DNA from: Candidatus Omnitrophota bacterium
GTDB lineage: Bacteria; Omnitrophota; Gorgyraeia; Gygaellales; Profunditerraquicolaceae
Direction: 5' to 3'
DNA length: 64,000 bases
Assembly: GCA_029571225.1 (NCBI GenBank)
Contig: JAKPTF010000035.1
Location: 81,925 to 145,924 of the forward strand
In this document: piece by piece, positions 28,301 to 40,300 of the stretch
How positions within the stretch are numbered: position 1 is the first letter of the stretch
Layout: each line of letters starts with the position of its first letter
The notes under the pieces: generated by a model
Databases searched by the model: none
What the model was told of the DNA's origin: nothing
Seen by the model: the letters and a program-made list of their open reading frames with translations, nothing else
Position numbers and translations under genes: made by a program

Positions 28301-31300
28301 TTCGGTAAACCTCGAGATCCACGATGACCGGCGATTGTATTTCGAATACACCAGTACCGGCACTTCATGCCACGAATGGCCTTTCATTGCCGCGGGAGTC
28401 GAATGGTCTCCTGTTACGACCAGGACATCCCGGCGGTCTGTATCAAGCAAATCCAGAATTCCTGGCAGTGCTTGGTCCACCTGTTCGATATACCGCACCT
28501 TGGCGTCAAAATCCCCGTCTTCCCCGGCTTTATCCGTGTATTTAAAATGCACATAAAAGAAATCGTGGTCTTCCCAATGATCCCTGACTGCGGCAAACTC
28601 ATCGGCAATGGTCTGGCTGCCTCCGACCGGCAAAAGCTTCATGCCGACGACGCTTGCAATGCCCTTATAGGCGGGATACGTCGCGACAGCCGCGGGGTTC
28701 AATTGATAGATTTCGGTGAACGACGGCAGCTGGACCAGCTCATCCCAGCTGCGAAGAAGAATGCTGTTGATCTGAGATTCGCCGCTCAGCCTTCGGTGAG
28801 CCGTTTCGACGATCTGCCTGACGAGCTGAGCCGTTGATTCTGCTTCCGGGACTTTCGCCTCAGTCAATAACGCGGGCTTGCCTGTCTCCTCAGGGTCAGT
28901 ATCTTTCAGTTTGGCGCTTAAATCCCTGCCGCCGCGCAATATCAATACACCGCGATGTTCCTTGGTCACCTGGATCAGCACCTGGACCTCGCCGAATTGC
29001 AAGCCGGTAAGGCAGCGCTCCACAACCCCGGAAGAAACTTCCGTTGCGACGCGGCCTGCGCGCCGGTCAACGATAATGCCATCCCTTGCCGTTGCGAAAT
29101 TCACCCTCGCGATGACATCGCCGGGCATCAGCTTGATATTATCGCCCATTGCGTCAAGTATGCCCCGGCCCACCGCGTGGATATACGGGTCATAGCCGAA
29201 TATCGCAAAATGGCCCGGGCCGCTTCCCGGCGTGACGCCGGCGCCTGCGATCCGCGAGAGACCGACAGAACCACGGCGGGCAAGTGAATCGAGATTCGGG
29301 TGCGCAGCCTTGTCCAGTTCTGTGCCGGCCTCGCCGGGCATGTGTAAGCCGCCCAGACCGTCCATGACGAGAAAGACGATTTTGGAATCTGTCTTTATCG
29401 AAAGCCCCTTCATTTCCTTGAGATGCCGGTCAAGCGCGTGCTTCTTGACATTACCGCCGTCTTTATGCTCCGACTCTCCTGACTGCTGCGGCTGTCGATC
29501 CCGGGTGATGCGCGCCCTTCGCTCTTTCATTATATCCTTAAGATCAGCGCGCAGATTCCATATAAGCCATGACTGAATAATGACGGTTCCGATACCCAGC
29601 CACAACAGGCCCGCAGTCACATATCCATGGAAGAACGCCGCAATCGCAGGAATGACCACCAACAACACTTCATGGAACGCCATGAGGATAAACGGAAGCG
29701 CATTGAGTATTTTGTCTTCGGTGCCGCCGTCATGTTTCACGCGCGTCTGAATGCCGTACTCAAGGGCAGTTATTGCAAAAACAGGGGCTCTGCGATCAAT
29801 CATACTCAGCGGTTGCGAATATCTGGTCGAGGCAAGAAGCATGGCGGACGCCTCACAGAGAAACGCCGCCGCCCTGGCCTTTGACAGAGTGCGGTAGTTA
29901 TTTCTTGTCTCAATAGTGATTTCGAAAAGCCGGTCATGGTAGCCGGCCGGCAGAATCGAAATCAAGAGCGCATTAAGGTTCAGAAGCCGGCTTATGGCTT
30001 TTTTCGTATTCCCTGCAGATAAATGGCGGAATGCGTTAATACAGGTGAAAACAGCGGCGCCATATTTCACGATCGCGGGAATCTGTTTCTGCGAAAAGTC
30101 CTCGCCCCGCAGCAGCAGCGCATTCGGCAACTCCACTTTCCAGCAATAATTTGACTTCAGATCATGCCTGTTGTACACGTTAATGTCTATGCGCTCGCCG
30201 TTGAATGCTGAGGTGAACCGCCGCGAGCGCTGGCGGTCTTCGGTGATCACGAGCACGTCCACGTCCGAATACGCCGGGCACATGATGAAAGACCCAAAAA
30301 CGTACACCGCCGCTGCGCGTGATCCGGGTTCAAGACAATGAAGCACGTGTTCGACCCCTCCGGTCTGTACGAATGTTGCGATCCGCGCGCAGATCGCCTT
30401 CTGCAGCGATTCATCCACGGTATTGCGCCAGAAATATCTGCCGGCCAATTCAGCACGTATTCCTTCGATCGTGCCGGCCTCTGTGCCGCCGTCTTTGCAA
30501 AGCGCGCTGATATCTTTCATCATGAGACTTGAGCCGATAAAGCCCCTGCGCTTCCAGAATACAAGCTGCTGCTCGTAGGGCGCGCCGCCATCAAACCATA
30601 CATTCGCCTTATCGGATCCCGGATACGGACCTTCGGCGACCTCGATCATCTTATTTGATGCACCGATGAAATCAACCTTGTGGCCGCCAAGGCTCAGGAT
30701 CCGGTCGCCGGCACTGAGCAGCAGCGTATCAACCGGCTTACCCTGGGGAGTATACACGGTGTATTTGACCTCGCCGCGGACTACGAATATCAACTCGATC
30801 CTGGGCTTCTCGATCGGGGTCGGGCAATGCGGCCGGCCGATATCGTTCTGTGCCGGGGACTTGGTGCCGATGCCCAGCGCGAACGCAGGATTCGTCATAA
30901 CCTTGTATTTTTCAAATTCAATGCCGCTGCGCAGGACAAGCGCATGGATCATCCAGTAATAATAGGAATCCATGACAAGCTCCGGAGTGAATGACGCATC
31001 CCGGTTCTCATTGTAATCGGAAATGCTCGGGCTGGTGACAACAGGAAGGTGTTCGGTTTGATATACGATCGACACGACCGACTGCTCTGAGGCAATGATG
31101 GAACGGTATGAAGTAAGGATGGTGGCCAGATCTCCCGCCGACAGCTCGATGTGCCTGCTTTTTTCTTGCGAATCGAACAAACCAAGGGTGACCTTGCCGG
31201 ATTCGACATAAATGACATCCTGGGCCGGCGGGCCCCGGGTCCGCGGCCGGTATTCCTGTCCGGGCTCCAGATCAATGACTTCCAGTTCAACAGGCAGGCC

Positions 31301-34300
31301 CTTTGGCTCCAGAATGACGCCGCGGGAATCCCTGCGGATAACGATTGCCTGCGTTCTGCCGTTATGATCCACAATGGCCTGTCCAAAAGGTTCAACGCCA
31401 GCATTGCCCCCGTCGCGAGGCTTTGTCCTTGCAGCGCCGCAGTTCACGCAACCCTTGAACTCGCGCAATTGGCTTATCCTATCATATGCCTTCAGGAATA
31501 ATTCGACATCCTTCTGCGGCAGAAGCCCAATTTCCACATCAAGCTCATAACCGCTTGCCGGCGCGTGGACCGCGTTGAACATAATACCCGTAATCCTGGG
31601 GCTCAACCCGCGCGCCTCCGCTTGCCTCATGAACTTTGCAACAGCGGTATTCGCATATTTTGTCTGGTTCCATACAACATGCCTGAGGCTTCCCGGATGC
31701 GCACGGTTTATATCGGTCGCGCCCACGACGACGGCTTTGACAAAATCCTGCTCTGCAACGGCAAGCGGGTTTTGACCTTTCAAAAGCACCGTTGCCTCTT
31801 CGACGGTCAGATGGAATGCTTTGAGAACGTCTTCACGCGGCCTCCTCCTGACGAGCATCCACGGCTGCATTTCCTGCCTGCTGTATTCGATCCAGAGGCT
31901 GAAAGCCGCAACGGACAACTCCCCGGGATATAGGTTCTGTATCGCAGCAAACCATTGTTCGAACCGGACGCCGTCTTTGTCAGCAATGATCTGCCTGCCT
32001 TCTTCTATAAGGGCAGGATCGATTATTCCTGACCGCTCCAGTGCATCGAGATTCGTGGTAAATGCCGTATGGCCCCAGCGTTCCAAAAGATGCTGGATGG
32101 TCACGGGAGCGATCGCGCCCTTGAATACCCTGAAGCTTGATCCAAGGCGCTGATTCAGTTTATAATTGAGCGGCTCGCTTAATCCTCCCCTATCCCCGCC
32201 TTTGAGCCAGATAAACGAAATCGTGCCGACCGTGCGCACCAATGCGCCCAGGAGGTTTTCATCTTTATGCTCCGATACAATAATTCCGCCGTCGTTCTGA
32301 CGCCTTGACGCGCCGGCAACAGGCAACCATACCTTGTTGCTGCGGCGCTCAACCCGCGCCTTCAACGCATCCAGCATACTCCATGCCGCGGCGAATTCAG
32401 GTGATTTCTTCCCGCCGTTATATGTTTTACGATATGTTTCAATGTCTGAAACCAAAACCGCCAGTGATGCAATCGCCGATGTTCTCAGACGCTTTGCTTC
32501 CTGTCGGAATTCATTATCGTTAAGCATGATACCACGATACGCGTAAAATTCCCTGTTCCAGCCATCGCTGGTCCGGTCGAGCAGCCGGTCCAGCCGCATC
32601 GCCCAGAAACCGCCGTTCTCTTTCGGCCGCATAGCATAAAATTTCCGGTCCTTTTCATCGCCGACCTCATTGAAACCAAGGCCCCGCACCAGGCCGCGCA
32701 GCGGGCCGAGCGTAAGGTTTTCATAATCTTCCTCGTACGATGCCCGGCTCTCGTCTTCCGGCGACCACAGATAATACAGACACGCCCATTCAGGAGCAAG
32801 GCCGAATAGCGCGCCCAGCTGTGCTGCCCGCATGAATGTCCGGGCGGTGATCTCTTTCAGGACATGTTTGCCGGGGATATACGATATGAAGTTGATCCCG
32901 CTGTTGAACGGATTACACGTAAATATCTTCACGGCGTTATTATCGAGCCTGAAATTCGTCACGCCGATAAGCACGCCGTCAAAGTAAAATCTGCCGCGTA
33001 CCCGGAACGATTCGAGCCGGCCGGTTTCAAGGGACTTGCTGGCCTGTTCAATGATCCATTGCTCTCTGATTTCAGAGGAAACGATCGGCCGTGTAACCGC
33101 CGCGCTCAGATCCAGGCCGCCGTCTTTCTTTCCTTCATATTTGCCGGTGACGATATCAGGGTCTTCACGGTGATCTCCCAGATATCTGGACCGGGCAATA
33201 AACCTGCCGATGACTCCGAACGCATCCATGGAAACCCCCGCGAGCGCTGCAGATATGCCGATTGCCAGAATAATGAACGCCGCAGCCGGGAAGCTGCCGA
33301 TAAGCATGCCTGCGCCGACGCTGCCAGCCATGATCATACCGACGAAAACAATAAAACCTTTTGCATTCAGGCCGTACGGGAATTCCTGCGCCCATTCCTC
33401 AAGCGTCTTTTTGTCCCCGCCGTCAAATGTCTTTTCGAGCAGGGCGAACCATTCCCTCGTGCCCTCCGTCTCACTACCCATCCAGATCATGCGGCAATCG
33501 GTCCTTGTAAGATCAGGCTCTTCCTTATCCACGCTGATAATGTATTCCAACTGGGACTTTGTCACTTGTTCTGAAACCGGTCGGGCATTTCCGCCCTTAA
33601 AGAATTCGTTGCCGTGATAGATATACAAGGCATCCGGCCCGATCTGGGCGATCACATCATTGACTGCAACTGCCTTGTTGACGCCGGCGACGTTGATGTC
33701 AACCGTGACGCCGGTTGCGCCGCCCGCTTCAAAAGCCTCATACGGCAGACGCAGCGTCCGGAAGAAATCGTTGAATTCCGCTGCGATAGACCCGCGCGCC
33801 TCGGGCGGAACCGGCTTGAACGCAAGCTGGAACACCGGTTCATTGGTAATCGCGCGCGTTTTCGCATCAGGCCGCAGCTCTAATCCCGGTTTTCGCCAGG
33901 CGTACGACATGCGGCCGGCGGCACGCGTCCCGAAAATGAATCCCGGATACAGGTATCTATGCGATACTTCGCCTTTTTCATTGATCTTTTGATTTTCCGC
34001 CAGCGCGATATCGACGCTGTGCCAGAGATCGATGCTCACTTTACGGGCGATTGGCTGGATCATTTCGATATGCACCGGATCAACGGTCTTGCCGCTGCGG
34101 TATGAGATATCTTCGATACGCGCGCCATTCTTGAAGGTGAACTTCTGCGCGGCGCCGTTGCCGTAAATAATGAAGTTATCGAAGAGCTCGACCTTGCCCT
34201 GTTCAGCAAGCGCTTTCAACAAAGGCGTGACAATACGCTCGTTCTGTTTCAAGATATCATTGCCGGAGATGATGGCGACAATGAACCCTTTCTCCAGCAT

Positions 34301-37300
34301 CCATATGAACGTGTCCACCAGGCCTGCTTCTTCGATGGTCTCTTTATGATCCTTGCCGGTTTTAAGCAGCGTCTTGTCAACGTCGAAGATCAAGACGACC
34401 TGTTTGCCCTGTCTGCGGTATCCGGCAGCGCGCTCAAGCACAGGCTGTAACCTTCTTCTGATCTCTTTGCGCTCCCCGCCGTCCTTTCCCATGGTCACAA
34501 TTACATTATGGTTGTGCCCATCATAAGGGATTATATTACCTGGGATAAGATTACCCGTCTTTCTATCCTGCATCGATATAACACCGCTGGATACTCCGTC
34601 AGGATTCAGGATTTCAATATAATATGTTTTACCCCTGAATTTTCTTTTTACCCTATATCCAGCCCAATTACTCGGAATACATGGATCGACAACCAAACCA
34701 TCATACACAGGCTTGATCCCCAGCATAAACTGCATAACGGCCCTCAAATACCACGCGGCCGCGCCGGTAAGCCAGGACCCGCCCGCACCCTCTTCTCCAT
34801 TTTCTCCGTTCACGACCTGTGATAAAACATGGGGGTCCGACTGATATTTTATCGGGTCATTCAGGCTGGCAACAGGCGGGAGCACAGCTCTGATGACTTT
34901 GTAGGCGTCGTCAGCACGGCCCGCTTTTAACAAAGCGGTTATTCCCATTGATGCAGCGTGGACAAAACAAGCACCATTCTCTTTAAAGTACGGAGGATAA
35001 AAATAACAACAGCCTACCGGACAATTTTCCTTATCATAGGCAGGATAAAAAAGAAGAAGGCCCGCATTTCTGGATAAACTCATTATAGCGTTAACACAGT
35101 CCTCTTCTATGTCCTGATATTCGCCGCTCAGTATCGCATATACCTGAGACAAAAGATGAACACGCCCTTCCACATTAGTCGAGGTTCCAAACGGGTTACC
35201 GTTATCGTCTTTGCCGGCAATAAAATACTTGCCTTTAGAATCCCAATATTGTCTCGCGGCTATTTCTTCTTTCGCTTTCTGTATCAACTCCTGATGTTTA
35301 GTTTTGTTGATCTGTTTCTCGCTCGCGCTCACAGCATCTTTATCGCTGATCTCGATCAAACAATTGCACATGAGCAGAAACATCATAGCCACCATGACAG
35401 ATTCGGCTTTTGACTTCTTTAATTTTTTAAGGTAATTGTCTCTATTATAGCCCTCGGCGTAGTTGCCCTTATACTTGCGTTGATTGGCATCATTCCAATC
35501 CGCGGTTAGCAAAAGTCCGAAATTTCCCCAGGAGAATTCAATTGCTTTCATGAGATGTTGATATACCGTATCGAGCTTGTGCTTGTTATCCGCATATCCT
35601 GCCAATTTACCCAGTATTGAGATATCATTCGTTTCTCTAATGTACTCATAAATCGCCAGGATCATCCAAAGATGATCGTCAGAGAACGGAACCTCATCAT
35701 GTTCCTTAGGGTCGCTTGTCAATACGTCAAACGCATGAATAGCACTGCCATTCTGAAGATGTGTGGCCCGCAATAGCAATATTATTCTTCTTTTGGCAGC
35801 GGCTGCGTCCAAATGGACGTAACCAATGATATCCTGCCAGGAATCTCTAGTCCCCATACCCCGGCTCTGGCCGGTTTTCAGTTTATCTACGGAACGAGAA
35901 AATATATAATTTGCCCATACCTGCCACTGTAACCAACTGTTGGCCATAAATTCAAGCTCTTTATCTGGAAGCTCACACTGAAATTTCTCAGTCTTCCCAC
36001 TAACATGTTTTTTCAATGCTTCAAAAGCAGTATTAACATTTTCGGGATTCAGCCATTTTTCCGCTTGTTCCCAGCAAACCTCTTCATCTTTTCCAATGCC
36101 CAAAGCAAAGATGATTTCTTTCCGGCAGCCTGCCTGATTTGCCGGAGCCAACTTGATGCGTATCTTATGGCTGCCTACGCCAAACCCGCCTGTTGATTTG
36201 TCATTGCCGGGCAACAACGGATCCTCGACCCACGCCGGACACGATAAGTCTCCTGCGCCGGTAAATCCTTTCAAGCTGGTTTGTACGGCTACGGGGCACT
36301 CGCTTACGGCAAAAAAAGTAATTGGCCATTCCTGCTGGTTTTTCTCATACCAAAGCTTTTCCTTTAACCGGAACTCAGTCTTTCTATAGATTATGCGCTT
36401 ATCCCCGGTTGTAAAGTTACGATATGTAAAGTTCTGTCCCATTTTTTCATTGTCCTGGGGCCCGTTAGGAAATTCGCGCAAGCTCCAGATCATCAAATCC
36501 TTCTCTTGAAAGGATTTATTCCTGAATATGACTTTTTGAATTTCGGGCGCTCCTTTATTTAATGGTATGAATATTACCTGCTCGGTCTCTATCCCATTTC
36601 TTTCAGAGATGATACGGAGATATCCGAATCCAATGCGCGTTTCATACCACTTAAATTTAGCCCTTTCCTTTACGATAGGCTTAATACTCGCCGACCAATA
36701 CTCCTCTGGATTATTCATATCCATTAAGTAAATATACCTGCCTTGAATGCCCTCTTCGCTGCCTCCGCCGGTATATCTGGTAAGCCAATAATTGTTAGGA
36801 TCTTCCAGTGTCCAGGTAAATCCGGACCCATCGGTAAATACGATAGCATGAAGGTATCTTTTGCCGAACTTTACTCCTAAATATGTATAATAACGTGGCG
36901 CATCACGCGATATAACGACATATTCTTTAGTCTTTGTATCAAAATAGCCGACAGCGGATTGCGCAAGCTTTCCGCCGTCTTTTTCGATATCAGCAGGATT
37001 AATATTACCGGCAGGCCCCAAATCATCCGCCACGGTAGATAATGGGGCCTGCGTATCGGTAATATGAGTCTCTGAATCCTTAATATCGACGGCAGGCCCC
37101 AAATCTTCATCCGCCACGGTAGAGAGACCCAGGGCCTGCCTGATAGAAATCAAGACAATTGCCGGAAATGCGATAAAGGCGAGATACAACACAGCCAGAA
37201 GTTGTACTGAAGGATTGTTGATCCTGCTGAGGGAAAGGTACGGAGCGATGATCCTGACAAAATCGTTTTGCTGCCTGACCGCCGGAGGCCCTCTGGATCC

Positions 37301-40300
37301 GGGCAATCTGACGGATTGTTCGGGTGCAATGACTGCATCAGCAGGATGGACAAGGCCTTCCTGTTCGATGCCGTGGTCAAACCGGCAGCTATCTTTCATA
37401 AGCTTTTCGGCAATGACCTCGTTGTGACGAACGGACTTCACATCCCCGCCGTCCTGCTCGCTATTATCGTCATAGGGAGGCTGGGCTGCCAGGCCTGCCA
37501 GTTTTTCCTTAAAAAATTCCATCGTGCAGAAAATGCAATCGATCGCGCCCGATCTCCTCTGAGCCAGAACCATGGTATATGCCTGTGGCTGGGCCTGCAT
37601 GATACGGCGAGCCGCCTCTATCGCTTCCGGATCGGTCAGCACGCAGAACCGGATGGCACCTGACCGGACCATGGCGATATCGTTATAATCATAATAATCG
37701 AGTCTCATGATTTTCTGAGCCGGATCCGACACGTTTTCGCCGGTCGCGCCGTTGCCAAGCAATGCGTGATACAGATCGAATGCATCTTCTTCGCCGCCGT
37801 CTTTCTTGCCGTACCCCCAGTAGTGTGGATCAAGTTCTATGGGCATATACGTCACCGGAGCATATACGATCGGTTTATACACGAATGCGGGGTAAAGCTG
37901 CGGCTTGAACGCCGCTTTGAACAGTTCCCGGTTCTTTTCGGTATCTTTCATGCGCACGAAAACGCCTGCGCCGCCCTGTTGCTGACGCAGCTGTGTCAAT
38001 GCTTCAAACGAGGCCTGCGCGAAGTAATCACGCACCAGGTTGGGGCTGATACGATCCAGATATCCTTTGGCAAACCCGACTGCCGGGTTGCCCGGGATGA
38101 ACATTTGAGGCACCAGTGACACGAACAGAACGAAATAATTCTGCGGCTGGGCCAGAATCTGCTGGAAGTTGATATGCTGGTCGCTGGTGCCCTGCAGGAC
38201 CCAGTCCACCCCCTGGCTGATAAGGAAATCCCGCAGCGAATAAAATTTCTCGCCTTCGAGATAAAGCACGATGACGAACTTCCGGCCGTGCATACGTGCA
38301 AACTCCTTGCCCATGCTCAACAGGGCAACCATGTCGCCTCTGTTTTTGACCGCAGACGGAAACGCGAGCTCGGTGATATTGGTCCGGACCATCCCCCTGC
38401 CCGCCTGAATCCTGGTTTCTTGTACCGCTTCATCAATCGCCCCGGCATTGCGCCAGGCCGCTTCCTGAAGGGCCTTCATTCTGCTTTCAAGCAGGCCTTT
38501 GCCCAGCTCGACGAATGGCTGGCGCAGGTACAGATTCTCCTGCAGGATCCGTGTCGCAGGATTCTTCAAATCATTCAGATCGACATCGGCGCCCGTATAA
38601 CCTGAGGCGAGCAGCGCGCGGGCGATCAGCCGGTCGCCGTTCAGGTTGGTCAGGCCGTAGAAAATGGTAAACAATGCTGCGTAGATGAGGGCCACCTGCT
38701 GCCCGGTCATGCCGGTAAAATCAACGGCAAGCGGAATATTCACCACGTTGCCCGATATGTGCGCGGATGAAAGGTTAATCACCAGGGCATCCGGTTTATT
38801 CTGATAATATTGTTTCTGGTCGGGCCAATCGCGCGCGCGCACGGCTATGAGGTTAATGAACCCTTCCTGCCAGATGCTCTCGTTATTGTTCTGCTCCTGC
38901 GCCTTGCCGAACCAGAACAGATGATCCGGCACGACAAGCGCGATATTCCGGATGCCTTGATCCATGATCATCTCATTGAGGATGTTGGCGCAATGGCGGC
39001 CTTCGAGGACCTGCGCGATGTTAGCGCTCCGCGCCTGCCAGTATTGCTCCGCGTCAAGATCATAGAACGCCAGGAATGTCATCATGTGCAGATCGCCTGT
39101 CCAGCGGCCGGCGACATTGTCATACATGGCGCCGAAGCCGGGAGCGTTCTCTCCAAGCTCATCGCCGAGGCCTGAATTCCTGATGAATGCCGACAGGCGG
39201 CTGACTTCAGGCCTGTCCACAGTTTCGAAAAACATGTTGCCCAGGGCTACCCCGAGGATCGCGGTTACGTCTTCCCGGCTCATGCCCAGCGCGGCTGCGT
39301 TACGCGTAATCAGCTCGATCAGACTCGTTGTGCCAAACCGCGCTTCATCCACTTTGAACAAATCGGCACCCGCCCGCTCCTTGCCGTCGATAAAGTTCAC
39401 CTCATGGAGCGTATTGAGCACGGTATGTGCGAACCGATCGCCGTCGAATCCTCGATCCAGGGCGATATTCTTGAGGAGCGCCTTGAATATATCGATAAAG
39501 ATCATCATGGTTTCATCGGTCGATCCTGATTTGGAGCTGGGGATCACGGCAACCTGGTCCCAGTCGATCTTAAACGCTCTCAGATGCTTCCTGATAAACG
39601 CCTCGTAATCCACGCCAAGCTCGTACGCGCCGACGATCTTGCCCGATGTCGAATCTACGACTTCGAATCCGCTCGCAATGCCCTGGAACGGCGTGTGCTG
39701 GCCGCCGATGCCCGGCTTGATGACCAGCTTGATCGGCTTACCTATAATGCGGCTGCGGTTTTTGAAGAACGCTTTCATGTCGTTGACAGTTTTGATAAAA
39801 GATTCCTTCCCGGTCTCCTTGCCATCCGGACTCCGCGTGTAGTATCCCTGCGAGCCGGTCAGGGCAAAAGAACCGTCCGGCGACGCGCCTTCAGGCACGC
39901 CGTATCCCAATTCGTTATGCCCGCCTTTCATGAACAGTTTGCGGATTTGCTCATTCCCGCGGGCATCAAGCGGCGTGCGCAGCTTTTTACCGACGATGCG
40001 AGCCTCTTCTTTCTCGCCGCCGTCTTTTTTACCGGTCGCAACAACAGCCTTGCCGTTCTCCTCCTGGATCATTTTCAGGATCACCAGTTTGAGGAAATTG
40101 ACCAGCTCTCTGGTATAGTCGTGCGCGCCTGAAATGCAATGCGCGATCTCTTCGATATACGTCGTCAGGAAATCGTCTTCCTTTTGCAGGCGGCTGCGGC
40201 GGATGCCGATCGTGCGCGTTGCCTCGTCCCAGAAGCCCCAGGTCATCATGTCAACCTCTCTGCCGCGTTCCAGTTCCCATTTGCTCAAGGTCCGTTCAAA

